The notes under the pieces are model-generated. The model had not been told where the DNA came from. It saw only the letters and a list, made by a program, of their open reading frames with translations, and searched no databases. The position numbers and the translations under genes were made by a program. Below, in pieces: positions 1 through 9,672 of a stretch of 64,000 nt of DNA. Location of the stretch: positions 5,495-69,494 of the forward strand of contig CAWJXW010000007.1 of assembly GCA_963846925.1 (NCBI GenBank), in the 5' to 3' direction. Source of the stretch: an uncultured Gemmatimonadaceae bacterium. GTDB taxonomy: Bacteria > Gemmatimonadota > Gemmatimonadetes > Gemmatimonadales > Gemmatimonadaceae. The stretch's first letter is position 1, and every line of letters starts with the position of its first letter.

Positions 1-504
1 GATGCGCGAGCCGGCGGTGTTGGACGCGGCGAGCGCGATTCCGAAGTCGGCGACCTGGGCGTGGCCGCCGTGGAGGAGGATGTTCTCGGGCTTGATGTCG
101 CGATGGATCACGCCGTGGCTGTGCGCGTATTGGAGCGCGTCGGCGACTTCGGTGGCGATCCGGAGCGCCGTGTCGACGGGCAGTTGCTTCTCGCGCTTCA
201 ACCGGTCGCGCAGCGATTCGCCGTCGATGAACGGCATCGCGTAGAACACAGTGCCGTCGATCTGCCCGCTGTCGAAGAGCGGGAGGATGTGCGGATGCTG
301 GAGGTTCGCCGTCGTCTTGATCTCGGCCAGGAAACGCTCGCCGCCGATGACGGCCGCAAGCTCCGGCTTGAGGACCTTGAGCGCGACGCGGCGGTCGTGT
401 CTGACGTCGTAGGCCAGATACACGGTCGCCATGCCGCCGGTGCCGAGCTCTCGCTCGACGCGGTAACGATCGGCCAGCGCATTCGAGAAATCGGCGACGC
501 TCAT
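1..504 (-). CDS. Ser/Thr protein kinase, N-terminal catalytic domain only (3' end runs off the window)
   Basis: Not in the ORF track. My own minus-strand translation from ATG at 504-502 gives MSVADFSNALADRYRVERELGTGGMATVYLAYDVRHDRRVALKVLKPE...HSHGVIHRDIKPENILLHGGHAQVADFGIA. The glycine loop, catalytic Lys context, HRDIKPEN loop and DFG are present, and the frame stays open to position 1. Confidence 0.85.
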   Translation of the reverse strand, partial: MSVADFSNALADRYRVERELGTGGMATVYLAYDVRHDRRVALKVLKPELAAVIGGERFLAEIKTTANLQHPHILPLFDSGQIDGTVFYAMPFIDGESLRDRLKREKQLPVDTALRIATEVADALQYAHSHGVIHRDIKPENILLHGGHAQVADFGIALAASNTAGSRI

Positions 505-845
505 CGCGACGGCCGGTCGTCCGCGACGGGCGTGATGACGGGCATGACTGCGTCGTGCATGCGCGTATTCAATGGGAGATGTGAGACGGCCGAGCGACGC
601 AATGGGCGGGAAGGGCGTGTCGCGTGCGCAAAGTTCGCGCGAAACGCAGGTTTCAGCTAGGCGCGCCGGTTAAGCGGGTCCCGCGCGCTGCGCCGAGAGC
701 CTCGTCACCCGTCCTCGTTCCAGTTCCCCACACACTCTCCGTACTCCTCCCTTCGTTCCAGTTCTCCGCACGCCGCCCCCGCACTCCTCGTGCGAGACCT
801 ATATCTTTTTCGACGCAAACGTCGACCCGAGAATGGTGCCAGCCG

Positions 846-2267
846 ATGACTGCTCCGCTTCGCGACAAGAGACCGGCCAAGGACGATCCCACGATCGCCG
901 AGCGGCTCCGTGTGCACCGGACGCTGTCGGTTGCGCCGCAGGCGGAGCTGGATTGGTTGATCGAGCGCGGCACGCTCGGCTACTACTTGCCTGGCGATGA
1001 GGTGGTGATCAAGGGCGAGCCGGTGAACACGCTCTACATCATTCTCAAGGGACGGGTGGCGTACCTGGCGGAGTCGGCGGCACCCGGCGCAAGGTCATGG
1101 ACTGGCGCGACGGCGACGCCACAGGCGTGTACCCGTACTCTCGGGCTACGCGATCGACCGGGGTACGCCGCGGTCGAAGAGCCGACCGAAATGATGTGCG
1201 TCGACCGCGAGCACGTCGAGCCAGATGCCGGTGACGTGTCCCGCAGCTGACCGCGGCGCTCGTGCACGCGATGATCGACCGCGCGCGCACGTTCAAGGAG
1301 AACGATCTCGAAGGCGAGAAGGTGGCCTCGTTGGGTCGCGTCGCCGCCGGGCTCGCGCACGAGCTGAACAATCCGGCCTCGGCCGCGACGCGCGGGGCGA
1401 AGCTCTTTGGCGACGCGATCGCCGAAGCGGAGGAGGCGGCGCGCGTGCTCGGCGCGGCACGGCTGAGCGAGCCCGAGCTCGCGGCCGTCGAACGTGCGCG
1501 CGGGAACTGCCTCCAGATTCGGCCGACGGGCGTCTCGCCGCTCGACCGCGCCGACCGAGAGGAAGCGATCTGCCGATTGGCTCGCGCGGCACGGCATCGA
1601 CGACCGCGGCGCGCCGGTGCTCGCCGAGACGGCCGTGACCATTGCGATGCTCGACGAGTTGGCGCGCGCGCTGTCGAGCGACAAGCTCGGCGCGGCGGTA
1701 CGATCGATGGTGGCAGGCTGCCAGGCGCGCGGCTTGGCGCGCGACGTGGAACGCGCGTCGTCACGCGTGCACGAGCTGGTGAGCGCCGTGAAGCGGATGA
1801 CGTACATGGATCGCGCGGCGACACCGGAGCCGGTGGACTTGCGTCAGGGCCTCACCGACACGTCGGCGATCCTGGCGCACAAGGCGCGCACGAAGTCGGC
1901 GTCTCTGACGGTGGACGCGCCGGACGGCCTCGCGCGAGCAATCGGCATCGGCGGCGAGCTGAATCAGGTGTGGATGAACCTGATCGACAACGCGCTCGAC
2001 GCGGTGGGCGACGGTGGCCGCGTGACGGTGAGCGCGCGCGCCGAAGGTCCGAGCGTCGTCGTTCGCGTGATCGACGACGGGCCGGGAATTCCCGAGGACC
2101 TCAAGCGCCGCATCTTCGATCCGTTCTTCACGACGAAGCCGGTGGGGCAGGGCACGGGGATGGGACTCGACATCGCCCGCCGGCTGGTGGAGTCGAACAA
2201 CGGCCGGCTCGATTTCGATTCCAAGCCCGGCAACACGGAGTTCAGGGTCGCGCTCCCGATCACCTGA
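846..2267 (+). pseudogene. cyclic-nucleotide-binding domain sensor histidine kinase, reading frame broken at least five times
   Basis: ATG 846, frame 0: cNMP-binding-like N-terminus (GDEVVIKGEPVNTLYIILKGRVA). The sensible continuation hops frames. Frame 2: GGTRRKVMDWRDGDATGVYPYSR (about 1076-1150). Frame 0: RDRPGYAAVEEPTEMMCVDREHVEP. Frame 1: MPVTCP (1225-1242). Frame 2: QLTAALVHAMIDRAR...AGLAHELNNPASA (H-box), up to about 1570. Frame 0: DWLARHGIDD... then HATPase_c motifs NLIDNALDA, DDGPGIP, GTGMGL, with the stop at 2265-2267. Confidence 0.7.
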
Positions 2268-2300
2268 GAAGGGATGGTGCTCGCGGCGCTCCGGGAGTGC

Positions 2301-3542
2301 TCAGCGCCGCGACTTGCGGAACAGCGCGAGGTCGATGGCCTCGCCCATCGCTTTGTACCCCGCATCGTTCGGGTGCAAGTGATCACCCGAGTCGTAGGCC
2401 GGCAAGAACCGCGTGGTGTCGGCGGGATCGCGCGTCACTTTGTCGAAGTCGATCACTCCGTCATATGCGCCGCTCGTCCGAATCCACGTGTTCAGGGCGA
2501 CGCGCTTGGCGTCGCGCGCGGCGCTGCCTCCGCGCAGCCCGCCCTCCGGCGTGAGCGTCGCACCGAAGATCACGAGCCCGCGCTCGTGCGCGCGGTCGAT
2601 CAACTGCTGGTGGCCCGCGATGAGCTCCTCCGCGCTGACCTCGTTGCGCGGATTCGCGGCATCGGTGCCGCCATTGATGTCGTTGATGCCCTCGAGCACG
2701 ATCACGTGCGTGACACCCGGCTGCATCAGCACGTCGCGGTCGAACCGCTCGAGCGCGCTCGGTCCGGCACCGGGCGAAAGCACGCGATTGCCCGAGATGC
2801 CGGCGTTGACGATCGCCTTGGCCGGTTCCTTCGAGGCGAGAAGTCGCCGGGCAAGGACGTCGGGCCAGCGGGCGTTCGAGTCGGGGGTTGAGCGGGCGCC
2901 GTCGGTGATCGAGTTGCCGAACGGAACGATCACGCCGGTCACCGAGGGATTGACCACGTCGACGCCCGCGACGAAGGGCCACATCAGCAGCGTCGTGTCG
3001 GGCGCGAAGCTCGCCGCTCCGGTGAAATCGCCGGACGCCGACACGTAATTCGTCTGGAGTCCCAGGGCGTGGCGCGTCGCAACACGCGCCGAATCCGTGA
3101 TGAACATCGAGATCGCGATGTCGGCGAGGTTGGGGACGGCGAGTGACACGGCATCGCTCACCAGGTTCGCCCCGGCGCGAATGACGATCGACGATCTCCC
3201 GTTGAACGTGACCGGTCGGTCCGTCGCCGGGTCGATCGCGGCCCCCGACCTGCGCATCGCGAGGTGAACGCTCGCGATGGCGAGCGGACGGTCGCCGTAC
3301 TGATTCGACAAGTGTATTCGGATGCGCGATCCGCCCGCGCTCACGCGAACGATTTCCCTGAGGGTGCGATTCACGAGCGTCGGCGTGCGATCGACCGAGT
3401 CGGCCGGCGGACGGGGCGGCGCGGCGAGCATGCTCGCGGCCCACGTCGCGACCCAGCGGTCGTGCGCTGCGGTTTGCGCGTTGGCGGGGGCCGCGATCAG
3501 AGTCGCGGCGAGGACCAGCGCTGGAGCGCGGCGAGTGGTCAT
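2301..3542 (-). CDS. secreted SGNH/GDSL-family hydrolase
   Basis: ORF 2301..3668. The likely start is the internal ATG at 3542 (MTTRRAPALVLAATLIAAPANAQ signal peptide). SGNH blocks are FGNSITDG, GISGN, EGINDI and GDHLHPN. Confidence 0.8.
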   Translation of the reverse strand: MTTRRAPALVLAATLIAAPANAQTAAHDRWVATWAASMLAAPPRPPADSVDRTPTLVNRTLREIVRVSAGGSRIRIHLSNQYGDRPLAIASVHLAMRRSGAAIDPATDRPVTFNGRSSIVIRAGANLVSDAVSLAVPNLADIAISMFITDSARVATRHALGLQTNYVSASGDFTGAASFAPDTTLLMWPFVAGVDVVNPSVTGVIVPFGNSITDGARSTPDSNARWPDVLARRLLASKEPAKAIVNAGISGNRVLSPGAGPSALERFDRDVLMQPGVTHVIVLEGINDINGGTDAANPRNEVSAEELIAGHQQLIDRAHERGLVIFGATLTPEGGLRGGSAARDAKRVALNTWIRTSGAYDGVIDFDKVTRDPADTTRFLPAYDSGDHLHPNDAGYKAMGEAIDLALFRKSRR

Positions 3543-3756
3543 GGTTAGGCCCGGTCCGGGTGAATCGCGCGGTGGAATCAGCGTGGTAAATGGCGTTCGT
3601 TGGGGCGAGGGCGCTAGAGGTGACGGACATGCTGCGCCATCATCCCGCGGCCAGCGATTCCACTGCACAAATTCGTCGGAATACGTGTCCCCTCGCGGGC
3701 GTCCTCGGCGTATCTAGGCTCAGACACGGACCGAGTTTCTCACGCCATCGAATTGG

Positions 3757-4782
3757 ATGCTCTACGGTGCGTACGGCAGCACCGGACGTTTGATCCTCGA
3801 CGAAGCTCTGCGTCGAGGACATCGCCCGGTCCTGGCCGGACGTGACAGCGCACAACTCGCGGCTTTGGCGCAACGAACTGGCCTGAGCACGATGCATCTG
3901 CCGCTCGAGAATGGGGGGCGGTTGCGCTCGGCGCTCGCCGGCGTGAGTTGTGTCCTCCTCGCCGCCGGGCCGTACCACCTAACCGGTCCCGCGATGCGCG
4001 CGGCGTGTCTCGACGCGGGCTGTTCGTATTTGGACATCAACGCCGAACTGGACGATTTCACGGACGCACTCGCCTGCGACGCCCGTGCGTACGCGGCGGG
4101 CGTCGGGATCGTCCCGGGTGTTGGATACGGCGTCGTGTTCGGGGAATGCCTCGCTGCTCAGGTGGCGTCCCGCCTGCCCGGCGCGACCTGGCTACGGCTG
4201 TCGCTCGCCACGCAGACCGTTGGACGGAGCCGCGGCGCGACCCTGAGTGTGGCGGCCGGCCTGGCTGCTGGAGGACGGGAGGTCCGCGACGGCGCGTTAC
4301 GCAAACGCGCTATCGCGTTCTCCACCTGGAACGCGCCGAGCGCCAACGGCCACAAGACGCGATTTGCCGCCGCACCGCTCGCGGAGCTCGTAGCCGTGCT
4401 ACGCTCGACCGGCATCCCAAACGTGGTCGCGGGGATCCCGCTGCCGCGCGCCGCCGCGGTGTTCATGCGCGTCGCCGGTCCGGTGGTCGGCAAAGCGCTG
4501 ACACGGCTCGCTGCGCGCTCGTCGAGTCCAGTCTCCGATGCACAAGACGCGGTGATCGGCGGCATTCGCTCGCGCGCTTGGGCGGAGGTCGGCGACGCGT
4601 CCGGCCGGACCGTTGCCGCGGTGCTCGAGACCGGCGAGGGGTATCGGGCCGCGGCCGCCGCGGCGGTGCGCGGACTCGAATTGCAGCTGAGCGACGTTCG
4701 CGTCGGCGCGTTCACGCCCGCACAGGCGTTCGGCGCGGGCTTCGCGCTGCGTGTGCCGGGAACCACCATCAAGGAACTCTAA
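3757..4782 (+). CDS. saccharopine dehydrogenase-like NAD(P)-binding protein
   Basis: 341-aa ORF. The N-terminal Rossmann signature is MLYGAYGSTGRLILDEALRRGHRPVLAGRD. The family call rests on resemblance only. Confidence 0.55.
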   Translation: MLYGAYGSTGRLILDEALRRGHRPVLAGRDSAQLAALAQRTGLSTMHLPLENGGRLRSALAGVSCVLLAAGPYHLTGPAMRAACLDAGCSYLDINAELDDFTDALACDARAYAAGVGIVPGVGYGVVFGECLAAQVASRLPGATWLRLSLATQTVGRSRGATLSVAAGLAAGGREVRDGALRKRAIAFSTWNAPSANGHKTRFAAAPLAELVAVLRSTGIPNVVAGIPLPRAAAVFMRVAGPVVGKALTRLAARSSSPVSDAQDAVIGGIRSRAWAEVGDASGRTVAAVLETGEGYRAAAAAAVRGLELQLSDVRVGAFTPAQAFGAGFALRVPGTTIKEL

Positions 4783-4795
4783 CAGTCCAAAGGCG

Positions 4796-5728
4796 ATGAC
4801 GCCGCTCGCGATCGACAGAACGACGGAGCTCGATATCAACGGCTCTCGGCAGAAGGTCCGCGTGCGCGCCGCGCGGGCCGGGCTTCCTCCGCTGCTCGTC
4901 GTTCAGGGCGGGCCGGGGCTGCCCATCCTGCACGAGGTCGAGAAATTTCGGCGGCTTCTCGATCTGGAACAGGACTTCCTCGTCTGCTACTGGGAACAAC
5001 GAGGATGCGGCACCGCGTCAGCGCGCGACGCGGAGAGCGGCTCGATGCCGCAGCACGTCGACGACCTGCGTGCGGTCATACGATGGTTTCAGAGAGAGGC
5101 GAGCCAGCCCCTCATCGTCCTCGGCATCTCGTTGGGTGGGACGTTGACCCTGCAAGCGGTCGCGCACGAAGGCCAACGCGTGAGGGCGGCCGTCGTCATA
5201 TCCCCGGATTCGCACACCACCAGGAGCGACGCCTACGCGGCCGCGTTCCTGCTCCAGCAGGGGCGTCTTGCCCGCAGCGGCCGCCTGAGAGGACGGATCA
5301 CGAAACTCGAGCCGCCGCCCTACGTGGACGCGGTGCCCTTCCAGCGCCGCGCCAGCCTCTTGATCGATCTCGGCACGGTCGAATACGGGAAGAGATTCAC
5401 GCCATTGCTCCGAGAGACATTCGTCGGGATGATTCGCGCGTACGGTCCGCTCGGAACCATGAAGGCTTTGCGCAACATGAATCGCGTGCAACGCACGATC
5501 CTGCCGGAGCTCGTCTCGTTGGACCTGCTTGCCAACCCACCGCGCGTCACGATTCCCGTTCACTACGTGTTCGGCGAGCGGGACGCGCTGACTCCGCCGT
5601 CGCTGGTGGGCAAGATTCCGTCGAGGATTGCGGCGCCGGGGAGCACGGTCGTCTATGTCCCGAATGCCGGCCACCACGTCCATTTCGACCACCCGGACGT
5701 GGTGCGGTCCATCATCGCGAAGGCCTGA
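4796..5728 (+). CDS. alpha/beta-fold hydrolase (proline iminopeptidase-like)
   Basis: ORF 4751..5728, with the start taken at ATG 4796 (MTPLAID). Supporting motifs are QGGPG, the nucleophile elbow GISLGG, and the C-terminal NAGHHVHFDHP. Confidence 0.75.
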   Translation: MTPLAIDRTTELDINGSRQKVRVRAARAGLPPLLVVQGGPGLPILHEVEKFRRLLDLEQDFLVCYWEQRGCGTASARDAESGSMPQHVDDLRAVIRWFQREASQPLIVLGISLGGTLTLQAVAHEGQRVRAAVVISPDSHTTRSDAYAAAFLLQQGRLARSGRLRGRITKLEPPPYVDAVPFQRRASLLIDLGTVEYGKRFTPLLRETFVGMIRAYGPLGTMKALRNMNRVQRTILPELVSLDLLANPPRVTIPVHYVFGERDALTPPSLVGKIPSRIAAPGSTVVYVPNAGHHVHFDHPDVVRSIIAKA

Positions 5729-6488
5729 GGCTGTACGGCAACGAGACTTTTCGAACCGGCTTGTACCTGAAGTCGTACGTCCAGTAGGCGACGAGCCAGC
5801 AGTCTTCCTTCCCCCACGTGTACCGAGCGAATTCCTTCGGGATCTCGGCCTTGGTCTTGTAGACCTCGATGCCCGTGATCAGGGACGGCGCCTCGGGAAT
5901 ATCGGCCCACGGCGTGGGGATGCCGTTCATCAACACGATGGTGCAATGCCGGCTCGACCCTACGCGCGTCGGACCGTTCCTGGTCGGCCGCACGTCGAAC
6001 GTGAAACCGGGGACGTCGCGCAGCAACTCCGCCGAATAGTCGACCTGCATCGTGTCGATGTCGGTGAAATCGAGGAAGGTGCCCTTTGCTTTGGCCTGCC
6101 TGCAGAGGAAACCTTCGTACGAGTCGCGGACACACGGACCGTCGGTGGCGTACATCGTGTCGAGCATCGCGACGCGTGGGCCGAGCACAAGCGACACGTT
6201 CACGTGGCCCGCCTGGGACAGCTTCACCGACCACTCGGTCGGGAGATACCCGACGCGGCGTGCGCGCACGACGTACTGGCCGTCATCGAGCGAGCGGAAT
6301 TCGAAGCGCCCAAGTGAGTCGGTCCGCGTGCGGCGCTTCGCCGGGATCAAGACGACGTCCGCTTCGGGCATAGGATGGTCCGCGGAATCGCGGACCACGC
6401 CGGTGATCGCCCCGCCGGGCTGAGCGGCCGCGGGCTGCGCGAGCAGCAGCCCCGAGAGAGTCCCCGCAACAGCGGCGCGCCTGATCAT
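5712..6488 (-). CDS. secreted carboxypeptidase-regulatory-like domain protein
   Basis: 258-aa ORF with a signal peptide (MIRRAAVAGTLSGLLLAQPAAAQ), followed by ITGVVRDSADHPMPEADVVLIP...TDSLGRFEFRSLDDGQYVVRARRVGY, which is typical of CarboxypepD_reg-like folds. Confidence 0.6.
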   Translation of the reverse strand: MIRRAAVAGTLSGLLLAQPAAAQPGGAITGVVRDSADHPMPEADVVLIPAKRRTRTDSLGRFEFRSLDDGQYVVRARRVGYLPTEWSVKLSQAGHVNVSLVLGPRVAMLDTMYATDGPCVRDSYEGFLCRQAKAKGTFLDFTDIDTMQVDYSAELLRDVPGFTFDVRPTRNGPTRVGSSRHCTIVLMNGIPTPWADIPEAPSLITGIEVYKTKAEIPKEFARYTWGKEDCWLVAYWTYDFRYKPVRKVSLPYSLRPSR

Positions 6489-6539
6489 TCTCCCAATGTA
6501 TGGCGGCCGACCGTCGCCGCCACGCCCTTCAACGAGGGC

Positions 6540-6803
6540 TTAGCCGCGCCGGTGAACGACCAGGCCGCGGTTCCGCGTCTCGTTGCTCACCAAGAGCCAG
6601 CGATGCCACGCGTTGACGAGCGCTGCCGGACCTTGGAGCAGCACATACCGGGCGCCGCTGCGCCGCTTCTCAGCAGTCTCGTGCGTGCGAAAAGCCGCAT
6701 GCAGCTCGGCTTCGGCGGACACGAGCTGCTTGTCCTCGAGCGTGGCGATCCAGTGGGAGTTGATGTGGTCCGGGATGTTCATTGGTACGCTCGTCATATG
6801 CAA
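6540..6803 (-). CDS. hypothetical protein
   Basis: 87-aa ORF filling an otherwise empty gap. Its composition is not Arg/Ala-skewed like the shadow ORFs. No motif recognised. Confidence 0.35.
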   Translation of the reverse strand: MHMTSVPMNIPDHINSHWIATLEDKQLVSAEAELHAAFRTHETAEKRRSGARYVLLQGPAALVNAWHRWLLVSNETRNRGLVVHRRG

Positions 6804-6880
6804 TCCTCAATTGGAGGCCGCCGTGCGACGCAGTGTGTCGTACGCATTGGCGTTTCTCCATGGAGCGGCCGGCGGCCGCC

Positions 6881-7099
6881 TTAGAACTTGTGGCGGAAGG
6901 TGATTCTGCCGCGCTGGAGATCGTATGGGGACACGGCTACGGTCACGCGGTCGCCGACGATGATGCGGATGCGGAATTTGCGCATCTTGCCCGCCGCCGT
7001 GGCGAGGAGGCGGTGGCCGTTGTCGAGGTCCACGCGAAACATGGCGCTTGGCAGGACTTCGGCGACGACGCCGTCCACTTCGATGGCTTCTTCTTTCAT
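6881..7099 (-). CDS. infA: translation initiation factor IF-1
   Basis: 72 aa: [72 protein letters not shown], the canonical IF-1 S1-fold sequence. Confidence 0.95.
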   Translation of the reverse strand: MKEEAIEVDGVVAEVLPSAMFRVDLDNGHRLLATAAGKMRKFRIRIIVGDRVTVAVSPYDLQRGRITFRHKF

Positions 7100-7296
7100 T
7101 TGGGGGCCCGCTTGCGGGCCGCCCTGTCGCGCGCGCGTTGGGCCGCCTTGGACTTGATCTGGCGCGCCTCGCTCGGCTTTACATGGTGACGGCGCCGCCG
7201 CAGCTCGCGGAGGATGCCGGATTTTTGCATCTGTCGCTTGAACGTCTTGAGCGCCCAGTCGATGCCATCGGTGTCGCTGAGAAGAATTTCGGGCAC
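7096..7296 (-). CDS. rpsU: 30S ribosomal protein S21
   Basis: This is the tail of ORF 7096..7968: [66 protein letters not shown]. The GTG start at 7296 is preceded by AGGAG-TCCC. Its stop overlaps the infA ATG (ATGA). Confidence 0.9.
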   Translation of the reverse strand: MPEILLSDTDGIDWALKTFKRQMQKSGILRELRRRRHHVKPSEARQIKSKAAQRARDRAARKRAPK

Positions 7297-7303
7297 GGGA
7301 CTC

Positions 7304-8314
7304 CTAGGAGATTGCGGAAACGTCGCGGAAACGCACGAGCCGATGCTGGTCTTCGTCCCATAGCGCGAGACGAAGCGAGGCCATGCCCGAAACCGGCGTG
7401 ATGACCGGCGACTTGGCAAATAGCGCGTTCGAATCGTGGCACGATTGCAGACGGTAGTTCGGGATGCGCGGGGCGACGTGATGCACGTGGTGCAGGCCGA
7501 TGCTGCCGGTGAACCACCGGAGCGGAGCGGGGAGTCGGAGGTACGAGCTGCCGCGCAGCGCGGCGTCCACGTATTCCCACTCGTCGTGGGGCGCCCAGTA
7601 GGCGTCCTCGAACTGGTGTTGCACGTAGAAGAGCCACACGCCCGCCATCGCGGCCAGGTAGTACGGGATTCCGTACGCGAAGAGCACCGTGGTCCACCCG
7701 ACCGCCCAGATCGCCACACCGAGCACCAGCGCGATGGCGACGTTCGTTGTCCACACACTCGTGGCTTGGCGCGAGCCGGTGGCTGTGCTTTGTCCACGCA
7801 GGCGTTGCCCGATCGCGAGATGGAACGGGCCCCCGAGCAGGAGCGCGGCCGGATGCCGCACGAGGCGGTACAAGCGGCGCTTCCCCGGCGACCGCGCGAG
7901 GTATTCGCGCACGGTAAGCGTGGGTACGTCGCCGTGGCCGCGGCGATCGAGATCGCCGGAAGAGGCATGGTGCAGCGCGTGATCGCGCCGCCACTGCGCG
8001 AACGGAGTGAGCGTCAGCACACCCGTCACGAATCCTACGACGTTATTCAGCGTGCGCGACGCGAAGAATGAGCCGTGCGCGCAGTCGTGCATGAAGATGA
8101 ACGTTCGAACGAGGAGGCCGGCGGTGGGGAGCGCCAGCAACAGCGCGACCGTCACCGACCAGTCGAGGGCCATGTGGATTCCCCACATGAGCGCCGCGAG
8201 GGGAATCAGAGTTGTGGCCAGCTGGAACGACGAGCGCCGCGCATCCGAGCCGATAAACGGCTCGACTACGCGGCGCCAATCTGCTCCCGCGGGGGAAGCG
8301 ATCTGCTGGGTCAA
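7304..8314 (-). CDS. membrane fatty-acid desaturase
   Basis: 336 aa with three histidine boxes ([27 protein letters not shown]) and multiple hydrophobic spans. Confidence 0.9.
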   Translation of the reverse strand: MTQQIASPAGADWRRVVEPFIGSDARRSSFQLATTLIPLAALMWGIHMALDWSVTVALLLALPTAGLLVRTFIFMHDCAHGSFFASRTLNNVVGFVTGVLTLTPFAQWRRDHALHHASSGDLDRRGHGDVPTLTVREYLARSPGKRRLYRLVRHPAALLLGGPFHLAIGQRLRGQSTATGSRQATSVWTTNVAIALVLGVAIWAVGWTTVLFAYGIPYYLAAMAGVWLFYVQHQFEDAYWAPHDEWEYVDAALRGSSYLRLPAPLRWFTGSIGLHHVHHVAPRIPNYRLQSCHDSNALFAKSPVITPVSGMASLRLALWDEDQHRLVRFRDVSAIS

Positions 8315-8523
8315 CGACCCAGCTTCGTCACGTTCTCCGCGGCGGGACCTTTCTGGCCCTGAACGATGTCGAACTCCACGCGCTCGCCTTCAGCCAGCGT
8401 CTTGAAGCCGCTGCCCTGAATAGCCGAGTGATGGACGAAGCAGTCCTTCTGGCCGCCCTCGGGCGTGATAAAGCCAAAGCCCTTCGCGTCGTTGAACCAC
8501 TTTACGGTGCCGGTCGTACGCAT
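8311..8523 (-). CDS. cspA: cold-shock protein, CspA family
   Basis: 70 aa: [68 protein letters not shown]1 is KGFGFI and RNP2 is VFVHH-like. Its stop overlaps the desaturase ATG. Confidence 0.95.
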   Translation of the reverse strand: MRTTGTVKWFNDAKGFGFITPEGGQKDCFVHHSAIQGSGFKTLAEGERVEFDIVQGQKGPAAENVTKLGR

Positions 8524-8655
8524 TGCCTACCCCTTTTGTGTTGAATTGCTGTGTTCGGAGTCCGGACTTTGCCGTACCGGCCGACACAACGTGCTTCGTG
8601 ATCATAGCCCTCACGATGGGCGTTCCGCGGAATGCGGATTCCTCACGACTGAACG

Positions 8656-8687
8656 AAAAAAAAGGCCCGCTCGCAATTCGGCAGGCC
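8656..8687 (-). terminator. intrinsic terminator downstream of the 8740..9672 gene
   Basis: The minus strand reads GGCCUGC-CGAAUUGCGA-GCGGGCC followed by U8 (plus strand A8 at 8656-8663). It lies about 55 nt after the stop at 8740. Confidence 0.6.
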
Positions 8688-8739
8688 CCATAAAACGTTC
8701 GGAACTTGTCCACGCGCACTGCGCGTGTCTCGCTTGAAC

Positions 8740-9672
8740 CTAATGATAATCACTAACGCGACTTTCCGCAACTGATGCGATTCCCGCGCCGCCAAGCCAC
8801 TCGGCGAGCAGGTTTGCGGTGGAATAGGCCCGCCCGTTCGGCTCATCGACCCGCCACCGCCAATGCGCGGGGTCGCCCCCCTCCACGCGGTAAGAGTGCT
8901 GCCGCACCGGTTTCGCGGACTTGAGCGCGGCGACGCCACGCGTCGTCGGCACGATGGAACTCCACTCGATCACCATGAGCCAGCCGTCCGCGACGGTCGG
9001 GGCGCGCCCGGCGACCCACGAGAAGCTGAGGCCGACATCATCCAGCCGTACGATCAACCGGAATGGCAATGCGTGCAGCTCGAACACACCCTCGGGATGC
9101 AGCGCGCGGCGTTCTCTGAGGTGCGACTCGATCGAAACGGCGAGCGCGTCGAGCTCGTGGCGCAGCGTCGAATGCGCCCGCGGCTGACCGAGGAATGACG
9201 GCGGAGCCGAGCCCCATCGCACCGACGAGACGTCGGCGGCCGCCTGATCCCGCACGGAGCCGATCGTGCCGCCGCACGACGCGATAGCGTCGAGCGCAAA
9301 CGTCGCGGCATTCTGCAGCCCCCCCGCGCCAAGATCGAACTGTTGCGCGGTCGCCAGCCATTTCGGCACCGGCGTGTCGTCGAGCAGTACGACGACGACG
9401 GACCCGGGACGCTGGCGGATGCGCTGGCGCAGAATCGCCGCGTCCGCGCTCGTGGCCACGTCATGCTGCCAAAGGCGTTGATGGAGCACGAGGACGACTC
9501 GCGATTGCTCGGCGATGAGCGTGGTGAGGACCTCGATTCCGTCGGAAGTCACGTGACCCTCCCATACGGGCTCGGTCCCGAGCCGCTCGCCGAGCTGGGC
9601 GCAAAGTTCCGTGACCAGGATCGCGTCCGACGGAACGGCCGAAATGGCGAGGTCGTACGTGAATGAGATCAC
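8740..9672 (-). CDS. hypothetical protein with TIR-like N-terminal domain and unknown C-terminal domain
   Basis: 310-aa ORF with its own terminator. The N-terminus follows the TIR/flavodoxin-like beta-alpha pattern: YDLAISAV (betaA), DAILVTELCAQLGERL (alphaA), SRVVLVLHQRLWQHD (betaC plus W), GSVVVVLLDDTPVPKWL (betaD). No motif recognised in the C-terminal 170 aa. Confidence 0.6.
   Translation of the reverse strand: MISFTYDLAISAVPSDAILVTELCAQLGERLGTEPVWEGHVTSDGIEVLTTLIAEQSRVVLVLHQRLWQHDVATSADAAILRQRIRQRPGSVVVVLLDDTPVPKWLATAQQFDLGAGGLQNAATFALDAIASCGGTIGSVRDQAAADVSSVRWGSAPPSFLGQPRAHSTLRHELDALAVSIESHLRERRALHPEGVFELHALPFRLIVRLDDVGLSFSWVAGRAPTVADGWLMVIEWSSIVPTTRGVAALKSAKPVRQHSYRVEGGDPAHWRWRVDEPNGRAYSTANLLAEWLGGAGIASVAESRVSDYH

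Noticed and set aside
624-845. N-terminal extension of ORF 624..1250 upstream of ATG 846
   Set aside because: The translation is Arg/Pro/Ser-rich and lies in the divergent promoter region shared with the kinase gene. The cNMP-binding similarity begins after Met at 846.
1034-1824. Two long minus-strand ORFs (257 and 259 aa) antisense to the histidine-kinase region
   Set aside because: Their composition is Arg/Ala/Ser/Pro-dominated and low-complexity, with no motifs. They lie opposite a sequence with clear kinase motifs. These are typical shadow ORFs of GC-rich DNA.
7297-7968. Upstream 220 codons of ORF 7096..7968 (which would make S21 a 290-aa protein), plus ORF 7179..7994
   Set aside because: They are antisense or out of frame to the well-supported desaturase gene. 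Only the last 66 codons match S21, and a GTG start with an AGGAG SD sits at 7296.
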